Position numbers and translations under genes: made by a program. Below, piece after piece: positions 19,479-27,729 of a stretch of 64,000 nucleotides of DNA (position 1 is its first letter; each line of letters starts with the position of its first letter). This DNA comes from Jatrophihabitantaceae bacterium. Its GTDB lineage: Bacteria > Actinomycetota > Actinomycetes > Mycobacteriales > Jatrophihabitantaceae. The stretch is taken from positions 15,780 to 79,779 of the forward strand of contig JBPCOI010000078.1 in assembly GCA_051000395.1 (NCBI GenBank), in the 5' to 3' direction. Below the pieces are notes generated by a model, which was given only the letters and a program-made list of their open reading frames with translations, did not search any database and was not told the DNA's origin.

Positions 19479-22364
19479 CTAGCTGACCGGCTCGGGCACC
19501 GGTTGCGCCACGGGGGCGAGCACGAGATCGCCAGTGTCGCCGGTGTCGCTCGTGTCCTCGCCGAGCAGGTCCAGGCGCCGGTAGGCCACCCAGAACGGGA
19601 TCGTGGCGGCGACCTGGGCGATGGCAAGCCCCCAGGCCGCTCCTGACGCCCCGGCCGCGTAGGAGCCGGCGACCGCGCCCACGAGAACGAGCGCGCCGGT
19701 GACCAGAGACAGGCGCAGGATCGAGCCGGACCGGCGGCGTACCAGTAGGGCCACCATGGGTCCCTGCTGGACGCAGTTCGCGACGTTCCAGATGATGACG
19801 GGAAGCAGCAGCGACTTGGCGACGAACCAGTTCTGTCCGACCACCAGGCGACCGGCGTGGTCGGGTACGAGGTAGATCAGCAGGCCGAGCAACGTGACGG
19901 CCAGGCCGAGCACGATCGACAGGCCGGGGATGAATCGCCGCAGGCGCGGATCGCCGTTGCGGTAGAGCCTGCTGGCCTCCGGCACCCCGAAGCTGACGGC
20001 CGAGGACTGCACCGTCGTGCCGGGTGTCATCAGCGTCCGCGAGGCTGCCAAGCGGCCCAGCGCGACCGTGCCCGCGATAGCTCCGATCAACGCGAGCGAG
20101 ATGCGCCCGGCGACCTGCTGCGCGCTGTTTCCGGCGGCGATGCGGCTACCCAGGCTCCAGTGCTCGCGGGTCCAGGCCCAGGCCTGGTGCACTGCCGGCA
20201 GCAAGCGCGCCTGCGCCACGCCGACGACCACTCCGACCCCGGTCCCGGCCGCCCACAGCAGCAAGAGCAACGCGGTCGAGGCCGCGTGCGGCCTGAGTAC
20301 GAGGACGTACGCGAGCAGCAGCGTCGCGACCAGGCAGGCGCCGTCGTTGAACACTGCCCGCCACGGTCGGGCCACCGCGAAGAAGTAGACCCGCCAGCCT
20401 TCCTGCACGATGAGCGCCGGCAGCACGACCGCGCTCGCGAGGACCACCGAGCGGCTCTGCCCGTGCACTGCCAGCGAGCTGGCGGCGGTGATCGCGAAAG
20501 CGATCGTGCCGATCACGAGGCAGGCACCCAGCGCCTGCGCTCCGGCCCGCCGCTGCGCGGCGCGGGCGGCTGCGGAGAAGTTGATGCTCAGCGGGGCGAG
20601 GATCAGCGACTTGAGGATGACCTTGACCAGGAACGCGCCGGTGTAGGCGAGCGTGAACTCGCCCACGTGGCTCACCGACAAGTAGTGCAGCGCCAGGAAC
20701 AGGACCACGAAGTTCTGCAGGCTGGACAGGGCCTCGTCGGTGAAGGCCGCGATCGCGCGTCCCCGCGCCCCGCGCAGTGCGTGCGCGGCCAGTCCGCCGC
20801 CGGGGACGGGATGGAAGGCGTCCCAGCCATTGGGGCCAGGATCGAACAGACTGTCCGGCCACGCTGGGCTGTCCACGCCGAGCGCGTGCATTGTGGCCGG
20901 TGCGGCCGGCGCCTTCGGCGCGGGCGCTTCGACCGGCTGCGCCGGCGAGGTCCGTGTCGGGGCGGTGAGACCGGGTGTGGCAGCAATCGGCGCGTGCGCT
21001 GCCCGCCGCTTCGAGAGGAAGTACGTCACCAGCACGAATGGCAGCAGCAGCAGCAGGCGCTGGATGTTGCGGTCGGTCCAGGTCGCGGTACCACCCCACG
21101 CGAGGTCACTGATGCTTCCGACCAGAATGGCCAGGCCCACGAAGCTATACACGTCCCGTTGGCTGATCAACGGCTTGCCGATACGCCGCTCGAGTCGGTT
21201 GTCGAGCCAGCGGACGGCCCAGCCGAGCACCGGGATCATGAGGATCAGGCCGAACCAACCGAAGTTGTAATACCACTCGCCTTGTGGCATGCACGGCATC
21301 GACAGCTTCGTCGTTATCGTCTCGGGGTGCAGATCGAGGGCGAGGACCCGGCCGAACTGCAGCGGCTTGTGCGGCCACAACTGCCGCGGCACGATCACGA
21401 TCACCTCGGCGAGCAACGTCGACCCGCCACCCCCGGTCAGGTGCTCGTGGAGCAACTGTCCGACGGTCGCAAGCGGGTTCACCAAGGAACCCAGACCTGA
21501 TGCCGACGCCTGCACGGTGTTGTTCGTCGCGCTGGCCAACCTCTGCTGTCCGATCGTCGCGAACAGCGCCAGCGTGGGTAACACGGTGAGCACGGCGATC
21601 GGTTTCACCCGGGTCCGCAACCGATACTGCGCGAGCACCACGGTGGCGATCACCAGCGTCGCGAGCCGCAACCTGCCGTATCCGGAGAAGACGACCAGGT
21701 AGTAGACGATGAACACGCCGCCCGCCAGACAGGTGCGCACCGGTGTCTGAAGTGCCTTGATACCGCCGCTGAGCAGCAGCGACGAGGCGAACATGATGAC
21801 ACCCACCTCGGCCGCACAGATGGTGAGACCGCCGAGAGCCGGCCCGGTTCGGTTGAGCGTGGCACCTACAAGGAACAGGATGGTGCCCACGAACCGCAGA
21901 CTGGTTGCCTCACCTAGCGAGATCGGCGGACGCACCACGTGCGCAACGGCGCCCGAGCGCATCGACCGTCGCCAGAAGAGCAGGTACATGGCGGCGGTGG
22001 AGGCATAGATCACCAAGCCCGCTTCGAGGATGCTGCCACGCGTTGTGGCGGGCGGAACCTGTCCGGCCCAGTACCAGGCTCCGCAGCCGACCATGATTCC
22101 GGCGGTGATGCAGTACACCCCCGCGGCCGAGACGCGGCTACCCCCGTGCGTCACGAAAGCCGCGATGCCCGCGGCGATTGCGGCGATGGCCAGGATGCGC
22201 AGTGCGAGGATGTCGTTGCCGCTGTTGGCGATCGCCAGGACTACCGGTGGCACGGCGAGGGAACTCAACTCGACCGGCAACCGCCCGATCCCGTGCCTCG
22301 GCTGGCCTGGCTCGGGGTCGGGTCGCGCGGCAGGTCGTTCGCGCGGCAGTGACGGCGCAACCAC
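19479..22364 (-). CDS. Single ORF fusing a Wzy-like repeat-unit polymerase (N-half) to a MOP/Wzx-like flippase (C-half)
   Basis: 961 aa and uninterrupted. N-half has ~10 TM plus a loop with PRQLWPHKPLQFG (oligosaccharide repeat-unit polymerase-like). A Pro/Ala linker follows (aa ~455-495). C-half has ~12 TM starting ...SSLQNFVVLFLALHYLSVSHVGEFTLAY. Internal in-frame ATG at 20891. Confidence 0.7.
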   Translation of the reverse strand: MVAPSLPRERPAARPDPEPGQPRHGIGRLPVELSSLAVPPVVLAIANSGNDILALRILAIAAIAAGIAAFVTHGGSRVSAAGVYCITAGIMVGCGAWYWAGQVPPATTRGSILEAGLVIYASTAAMYLLFWRRSMRSGAVAHVVRPPISLGEATSLRFVGTILFLVGATLNRTGPALGGLTICAAEVGVIMFASSLLLSGGIKALQTPVRTCLAGGVFIVYYLVVFSGYGRLRLATLVIATVVLAQYRLRTRVKPIAVLTVLPTLALFATIGQQRLASATNNTVQASASGLGSLVNPLATVGQLLHEHLTGGGGSTLLAEVIVIVPRQLWPHKPLQFGRVLALDLHPETITTKLSMPCMPQGEWYYNFGWFGLILMIPVLGWAVRWLDNRLERRIGKPLISQRDVYSFVGLAILVGSISDLAWGGTATWTDRNIQRLLLLLPFVLVTYFLSKRRAAHAPIAATPGLTAPTRTSPAQPVEAPAPKAPAAPATMHALGVDSPAWPDSLFDPGPNGWDAFHPVPGGGLAAHALRGARGRAIAAFTDEALSSLQNFVVLFLALHYLSVSHVGEFTLAYTGAFLVKVILKSLILAPLSINFSAAARAAQRRAGAQALGACLVIGTIAFAITAASSLAVHGQSRSVVLASAVVLPALIVQEGWRVYFFAVARPWRAVFNDGACLVATLLLAYVLVLRPHAASTALLLLLWAAGTGVGVVVGVAQARLLPAVHQAWAWTREHWSLGSRIAAGNSAQQVAGRISLALIGAIAGTVALGRLAASRTLMTPGTTVQSSAVSFGVPEASRLYRNGDPRLRRFIPGLSIVLGLAVTLLGLLIYLVPDHAGRLVVGQNWFVAKSLLLPVIIWNVANCVQQGPMVALLVRRRSGSILRLSLVTGALVLVGAVAGSYAAGASGAAWGLAIAQVAATIPFWVAYRRLDLLGEDTSDTGDTGDLVLAPVAQPVPEPVS

Positions 22365-22521
22365 GACTGATCACCAACCTCCGCTGAGGGCGTGGTTTAG
22401 GCGCCTTGCCGGGTCGAGCGCAGCGCCGCACCTTCGCGGCCGAGCGACCAGACGGGTCGCGCCGAAGCAGATCCTAGCGCGGGAAATCCAGCGCTGCCGC
22501 CCGAGATCGGGAAGCGGAGGC

Positions 22522-24066
22522 CTAGCCGTCCGGGTCGCCTGATCTCTGTGCGGGTGTGAGCGCGTCCGGGTGCGGGGTTCCGGTCAGCGTCGTGCGCGGA
22601 TCGACGGGCAGGAAGGTCGGTGCGGTAGGCGACTGCCGGAAATCGAAATCGGCGCTGAGATCACCGAGGATCTTGGCGTTCTCGCGAACGTCCGGGCGCG
22701 GATCCGGCCGACCGTCGGTCGCGGGATCGATGCGCTGGCCGCCGAGGAAGTCGTCCTCGATGAACTTGTCGTATGCGTCGAAGGACAGGATCTGATGATC
22801 GACGTAGCCCTTCTTCGCATACGGACTGATCACGATCCCGGGGACTCGCAGTCCGTAGCCGTTCTGGTCCACCGTCGGCGGCACGACGTGGTCGTAGAAG
22901 CCGCCCCAGTCGTCCCAGGCGAGGAAGATCGCCGTCGATTTCCAGTCCGGACCGCGCATGACGGCATTGATCAGGCTCGTCACGTACGACTGGCCGTAGC
23001 TGACCGGCGAGGGCGGGTGCTCGCTGTTCTGACCGGAGGGGATCACCCAGCTGACTGCGGGCAGGGTGCCGCTCTTGGCCGCGGCGTAGAACCTGGCGGT
23101 CGACTGGATGTTGCCTTCCTGCTTGTCTGCCCGGACCGTGTCGAAGTACGGCAGCGGATTCCAGTAACCGGGAGTCCTGGCGTTCTGCTTGACCGGCGCG
23201 CAGGTGATCGCCGAGTCGTTCTGGCAGTCGGGCTCGATGCCGTTGGCGACGTAGTACGCCCACGACACGTGATGCCGGTGCAGGAGGTAGGTGAGATCCG
23301 TCCAGGCATAGATCGGACGTGAGCCGGCGCCACCCTTGACGGCTGCGGCGTTCGGGAGGCCGGGGTCCGGCGGTACGCCCGGATTGACGTCCTGGTTCAC
23401 GCAGGTCATCGGCGCGTTGTGCCGCCCGCATTGTGCCGACCATTCGGACACCATGAACAGGTGGACGGGCAGGCTGTAGGAGGCGTCCGGCTCGAACATG
23501 TGGTCTTGCAGCACGTAGTTCCTGGCGTAATACCAGTAGTTGGGGATGTCGCTGCCGGTGTGGTAGCCCATCACGTCGGGCTGATTGGAGTTGGTGCAGG
23601 CGGGGTCCTGCGGATCTCCGCACCCATGCTTGGCCAACGCGAGTTCGGTGTTGAAACCGTCCATCTTCCCGCCGTGGATGTCGGCTGCTGCGTCGTTCGC
23701 GCCGTGCGGTCCACCGCCGTTGACGTCGGCGTGATCGGGATAGGGCCGCACGCACGGCTTGTTGTCCGCGGCGATGACGCAGACGGTGGGCTTGCCGTTG
23801 GCCATTCGGATGCCGTCGGCGCCGGGGTAGGTGCCGAAGTAGCTGTCGAACGAGCGGTTCTCCTGCATGATCATGATGACGTGCTTGATCACGTGGATCC
23901 CGCCAGTGGCGCCCGTCCGCGCCGACCCGAGGACGCGGGGCCCCGGTTCTGCCGCACCGGACGCGGACCCACCGGCGGGCTGCCCCGAGGAGGCCGTGCA
24001 TGCCGCGGCAAGCAGCATCAGCGCACCCGCGACGGCGAGGCCGGCCCTGCTGCGAATGCGAATCAC
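22522..24066 (-). CDS. Phosphoesterase-family lipoprotein (phospholipase C / AcpA acid phosphatase family)
   Basis: GTG 24066. Lipobox [30 protein letters not shown] signature. The upstream part of the 669-aa track ORF is discarded. Confidence 0.85.
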   Translation of the reverse strand: MIRIRSRAGLAVAGALMLLAAACTASSGQPAGGSASGAAEPGPRVLGSARTGATGGIHVIKHVIMIMQENRSFDSYFGTYPGADGIRMANGKPTVCVIAADNKPCVRPYPDHADVNGGGPHGANDAAADIHGGKMDGFNTELALAKHGCGDPQDPACTNSNQPDVMGYHTGSDIPNYWYYARNYVLQDHMFEPDASYSLPVHLFMVSEWSAQCGRHNAPMTCVNQDVNPGVPPDPGLPNAAAVKGGAGSRPIYAWTDLTYLLHRHHVSWAYYVANGIEPDCQNDSAITCAPVKQNARTPGYWNPLPYFDTVRADKQEGNIQSTARFYAAAKSGTLPAVSWVIPSGQNSEHPPSPVSYGQSYVTSLINAVMRGPDWKSTAIFLAWDDWGGFYDHVVPPTVDQNGYGLRVPGIVISPYAKKGYVDHQILSFDAYDKFIEDDFLGGQRIDPATDGRPDPRPDVRENAKILGDLSADFDFRQSPTAPTFLPVDPRTTLTGTPHPDALTPAQRSGDPDG

Positions 24067-24165
24067 CCACCAATCCCGTCGAGCACGCGAGTGATCACCG
24101 TAGCCGCTGGCAAACGCGAGGCGGGACGGGGTCTGCTCACATCGCGGAGCACAGCGTCGGTTCCG

Positions 24166-24534
24166 GTGTGGGAGGGCGACGGGGTGACCGCGGCGGAGAT
24201 CGACGCGTATCTGGCGCAACTGCCAGAGCCCAAGCGTGGCACGTTGCAGGCAGTGCGCGAGTCGATCCGTCGGGTGCTGCCGGAGGCCGAGGAAGGCATC
24301 TCGTATCGGATGCCGGCATTCCGGTTGGACGGCAAGGTCGTTGCGGGGTTCGCCGCGTTCACCAACTACGTGAGCTACTTGCCGCACAGCGGGTCGGTGC
24401 TCGCCGAGCTCGCGTCGATCTTGGGCGGCTTCGAACAGACCAAGAGTTGGCTGCATTTCCCGGTCGAGACCCCGCTGCCCGACGCGCTCGTCGCGCAACT
24501 CGTCGAGGCCAAGCTGCGCCAGCTCGGACACTGA
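24166..24534 (+). CDS. DUF1801 (YdhG-like) small protein
   Basis: Last ~120 codons of track ORF 23419-24534. [43 protein letters not shown]. Start at GTG 24166 or 24184 is uncertain. Confidence 0.55.
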   Translation: MWEGDGVTAAEIDAYLAQLPEPKRGTLQAVRESIRRVLPEAEEGISYRMPAFRLDGKVVAGFAAFTNYVSYLPHSGSVLAELASILGGFEQTKSWLHFPVETPLPDALVAQLVEAKLRQLGH

Positions 24535-24621
24535 TCGGTGGGTCGGCCCGAATCGAATAGGCCCGCACGGCGAGCGCCCCGACTACGACCGCCACCGACG
24601 TCGATCTCGTAGCCACTGCGG

Positions 24622-25491
24622 TCAGTACCCGTACCGCGCCCGCAGGGGCAGCGTTATCGCCTCGACGAGGCGACGTTCGCGCGCCGGCATCTGCCCCTTC
24701 CACCGGTCGTCGATCTGAATGGCACGGCTGGGATCGAAGCGCCACGGGTTGCCGGCGATGGCGTGCCCGCCTGAGACAGCCTCGACCGCCGGTGGCGGCT
24801 TCAGGCCGAGCCGTTCGCAGCTCGCGTACGGATCGGCGACCAGGTCCTCGTAGCGGATGCGGGCCGCCTGGCGGGGCGATTGCCTGGCCATTCGCTCGAA
24901 CGCCAGGTTGTAGCTCAGCCAGTTGACCGCCGAGCGAGCGGGCGCGTGCTGCGGCATCAGCTGCCCGCTCATCGACGGATCGGGCTTGGGGCGGCTCAGC
25001 GAGAAGGCGACCGCCCGCGGATCGCGTACCAGCTGGAGCACCCGCAGGCTCCTCGGCAGCCGATCGGCGACGACGACCGTGGACGCGACCTTCGAGCTGT
25101 CGACCAGCGCGCTCGCTCCGCTGACTGCCGTGATCGCCTCCTCGGTCCTGCGCCGCAGCTCCACGGCGTCCGCCGGCACGAGCGCACTGAGGCCGCGGAC
25201 GATGGTCGCGCGCTGCGACGGCTCGCCGGACTCCACCCGGGCCGCCTCGGCAGCGGACGTCAGGCCGGTCCGGCCGAGCACGAGGTCCTGCACCGGTCCC
25301 CAGACCGGACACTCACGCAACACCACGCCGCAGGTGCACAGCCGGCCGTTGACGAACGATCTCCAGAGCAGGTGCAGTTCCCCGGCGTTGAAGCCGCCGG
25401 TGGCCAGTGAGACCAGGCCAGCCAGCAGCGTCGAGCCCGAGCGGACCGATCCGCCGATGTACCACAGGGGCGGCGTGGCGACGCTGGGCAT
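24622..25491 (-). CDS. Sulfotransferase family protein (3 of 3)
   Basis: ATG 25491 with AAGGGA RBS. 5'-PSB loop GGSVRSGSTLL. 3'-PB motif LQLVRDPRAVAFS. Confidence 0.7.
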   Translation of the reverse strand: MPSVATPPLWYIGGSVRSGSTLLAGLVSLATGGFNAGELHLLWRSFVNGRLCTCGVVLRECPVWGPVQDLVLGRTGLTSAAEAARVESGEPSQRATIVRGLSALVPADAVELRRRTEEAITAVSGASALVDSSKVASTVVVADRLPRSLRVLQLVRDPRAVAFSLSRPKPDPSMSGQLMPQHAPARSAVNWLSYNLAFERMARQSPRQAARIRYEDLVADPYASCERLGLKPPPAVEAVSGGHAIAGNPWRFDPSRAIQIDDRWKGQMPARERRLVEAITLPLRARYGY

Positions 25492-25557
25492 CGAGTCCCT
25501 TTCGTGCGCGAGGATCGGGGGCGGACGGTGCGCTCCCGGCGGCACGTGAGGATAGCG

Positions 25558-26571
25558 CTACGAGAACGGCGCGAAGCCGGTCGCACCCGCGGTGACCGAG
25601 AGCACCTGGACGTCGCCGTCCGTCGCCGCCGGATGGCGCACCTGGAATCCGGCGAGCGTCCCCCAGTGCTGCGCGATCGCCGGGTCGGTGAAGGTCTGAG
25701 TCGCGCCCGGGTAGTCGACCGTGACCGACGAGTTCGCCAGGTCGACGCTCATGACCGTATGGTACACGGTCTGCGCGTCGGTCGTCAGCGGCGTTGCGAA
25801 CTGGCCGCTGGCCAGGTCCACCAAGGCGCTCCCGGCCTGGGCATAGAAGAGCACCCATCCGCCTGGATACACCGCGAACTGCACGGAGCTGTAACCGAAA
25901 CTCCGCGTACACACGCCGACTACGGCATTCTCGCGGCGCGTCGCACCCGGCGTGAAGACGTAGCTCATCCCGACGACCGTCGGCGCGACCGGGCCTGGCG
26001 CGGTGAGCACCGGCGCTCCGTCCGGGCCGAAGTTGGCGGGGTTGCCACGAACCATGCGCTCGTTCCGGATCACGAGTCGGGTGTTACCCGGGTCGAACTG
26101 CACGGCGTAGGGCTGGCCCCATGGTGAAGAGTCACCGTTCAGGTTCCGATCCGAACGACGGAAGGCGTCCGACATCCCCGGACCGGGAGGGCCCGGGGGC
26201 TGGGAGGGGGGCGGCGGGACGTAGGTGCTCGGGTCGGGCGCGGCCGGCGTGCTGCCGCCTTGCCCTGCCCCCGTAGCGGGACGGTTGCCGGGCCCGCCTG
26301 CTGTCGTGCGGGCACTCCTCGACGGCGCGAGCGTGCGACGAGCAGCCGGCGGTCGCGATAGCGACGCGCGGCGGTGAACCGACGACGACCGCGGACGAAG
26401 CAACGCGGTGCCGGCCGCGCGTGGCGATGCGGGCGAGCTGGCTTGCGGCGATGGCTGCTGGGCGCCGCGGCCCACCGTGACGCCGAGCGCGATAGCAGCC
26501 GTCAATCCGACGGCAGCGACCGCCGCCGCGGCTGAGCGCCAGTTGCCGGCGCTGACCCCCACCCGGTCCAC
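25558..26571 (-). CDS. Membrane-anchored protein, paralogue 2 of the unrecognised beta-rich domain family
   Basis: GTG 26571. TM helix, ~100-aa Pro/Ser/Ala linker, then a domain co-linear with 8737-9522 (LVIRNERMVRGNP, ENAVVGVC, SSVQFAVYP, SSVTVDYPG, TDGDVQVL). Confidence 0.7.
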   Translation of the reverse strand: MDRVGVSAGNWRSAAAAVAAVGLTAAIALGVTVGRGAQQPSPQASSPASPRAAGTALLRPRSSSVHRRASLSRPPAARRTLAPSRSARTTAGGPGNRPATGAGQGGSTPAAPDPSTYVPPPPSQPPGPPGPGMSDAFRRSDRNLNGDSSPWGQPYAVQFDPGNTRLVIRNERMVRGNPANFGPDGAPVLTAPGPVAPTVVGMSYVFTPGATRRENAVVGVCTRSFGYSSVQFAVYPGGWVLFYAQAGSALVDLASGQFATPLTTDAQTVYHTVMSVDLANSSVTVDYPGATQTFTDPAIAQHWGTLAGFQVRHPAATDGDVQVLSVTAGATGFAPFS

Positions 26572-26679
26572 GAGCGGAACCTACCCGCGCGTCGCCGGAC
26601 CCGCCTGTGGATCTCCAGCACGTCCTCGGCCGGGACGCCGGGGCGCCTCCAGCTGCTCCGGTGGCAGTGCCGCGACGGG

Positions 26680-26685
26680 TAGGAT
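26680..26685 (+). promoter_or_regulatory. -10 hexamer TAGGAT, 6 nt before GTG 26692 (leaderless-type promoter)
   Basis: TAGGAT-gcgcgc-GTG in the 120-bp divergent gap between paralogues 2 and 3. Confidence 0.4.
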
Positions 26686-26691
26686 GCGCGC

Positions 26692-27621
26692 GTGCCGCTC
26701 GCTGACTTCCGTGAACGATGGGACCAGCGGCGCGAGCTGCGGCAGATGGAAGGCAGTCAGCGCACCTGGCTTGTCGCCGTGGGGGTGCTCGCCGCGTGCG
26801 TGTTGGTCGCGTTCGCCGCGCATGCGCTGTCCTCCAAGTCCCCGCGCAGACCCGGCGCAGGCTCGCCTGGGACGCCGGCACCGACACAGACACCGGCTGG
26901 CACCGCGGCACTGGCAGGCGTGGCGTGGGGGTACTTCCACCGCTCCGACCGCAACATCGCCGGTCAGACGGCACCGAGCGGCCAGCTCTACGGTGTGCAC
27001 GTGCAAGGCCCGTCCGGCACCGGCCTGGAGATCCACGATGGCCGTCTGGTCCGGGAACATCCGCAGCAGTACGGCGTATCCGGCGCTCCGATCCTCATCG
27101 TGCCCGTGGCGACGCAACCGGGCGTGGTGGCCGAGCAGTACGTTTTCACCCGGGGCCGGACGATGAATCAGAACGTCGTCATCGGGTTGTGCGCCACGTC
27201 GTTCGCGGCCAGCTCCATCCAGTTCGCGGTGTCACCCACGGATTGGAAACTGTTCTATACGGTCAAGCTTCCGGCACCCGCCAGACGTACCGCGATCGTC
27301 ACCCTGTCGTCGGGACGATTCGCCATGCCGCTTGCGGTCGACGGCGTGACCCGCTATCAGTCGATCATGCAGGTCGACCCCGTGCGTTCCTCGGTCACCG
27401 TCTCCTATCCGGGTGGCACGAAGACGCTCGTCAATCCGACGATCGGCGCCTACATCGGGCCGCTGTTCGGGGTGCAGATCCGCCGCCCCCTCCCCACCGA
27501 CGGCGACGCCGCGATCACGGCGATTGCCGCGGGACCGGATAGGCGAGCGATCGCCCGGCTTGCCTGCCGAGCGGTCGCGAATGCAGGCAGCGCCGTTCGG
27601 GGCTTCTTCGGCTGCACGTAA
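26692..27621 (+). CDS. Membrane-anchored protein, paralogue 3 of the unrecognised beta-rich domain family
   Basis: TM helix (WLVAVGVLAACVLVAFAAHAL), short linker, homologous domain (QNVVIGLC, SSIQFAVSP, SSVTVSYPG, TDGDAAITA), plus a ~35-aa extra C-terminal tail. Confidence 0.7.
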   Translation: MPLADFRERWDQRRELRQMEGSQRTWLVAVGVLAACVLVAFAAHALSSKSPRRPGAGSPGTPAPTQTPAGTAALAGVAWGYFHRSDRNIAGQTAPSGQLYGVHVQGPSGTGLEIHDGRLVREHPQQYGVSGAPILIVPVATQPGVVAEQYVFTRGRTMNQNVVIGLCATSFAASSIQFAVSPTDWKLFYTVKLPAPARRTAIVTLSSGRFAMPLAVDGVTRYQSIMQVDPVRSSVTVSYPGGTKTLVNPTIGAYIGPLFGVQIRRPLPTDGDAAITAIAAGPDRRAIARLACRAVANAGSAVRGFFGCT

Positions 27622-27729
27622 GAACACCTGCGCTGCGGACACGCTTCACCACCCAGCTTCCTCACGGGTTTGCCTGTTATCTTCCGTGAGTTGATCTCTG
27701 TACGCAGACGACCGGAGGTGCGAGCACGC

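Noticed and set aside
22661-24073. 470-aa minus-strand ORF in an alternative frame of the phosphoesterase gene, and 23419-24534 plus-strand long ORF
   Set aside because: The alternative frames are Arg/Pro-rich nonsense. Only the last ~120 codons of 23419-24534 (DUF1801-like) were kept.
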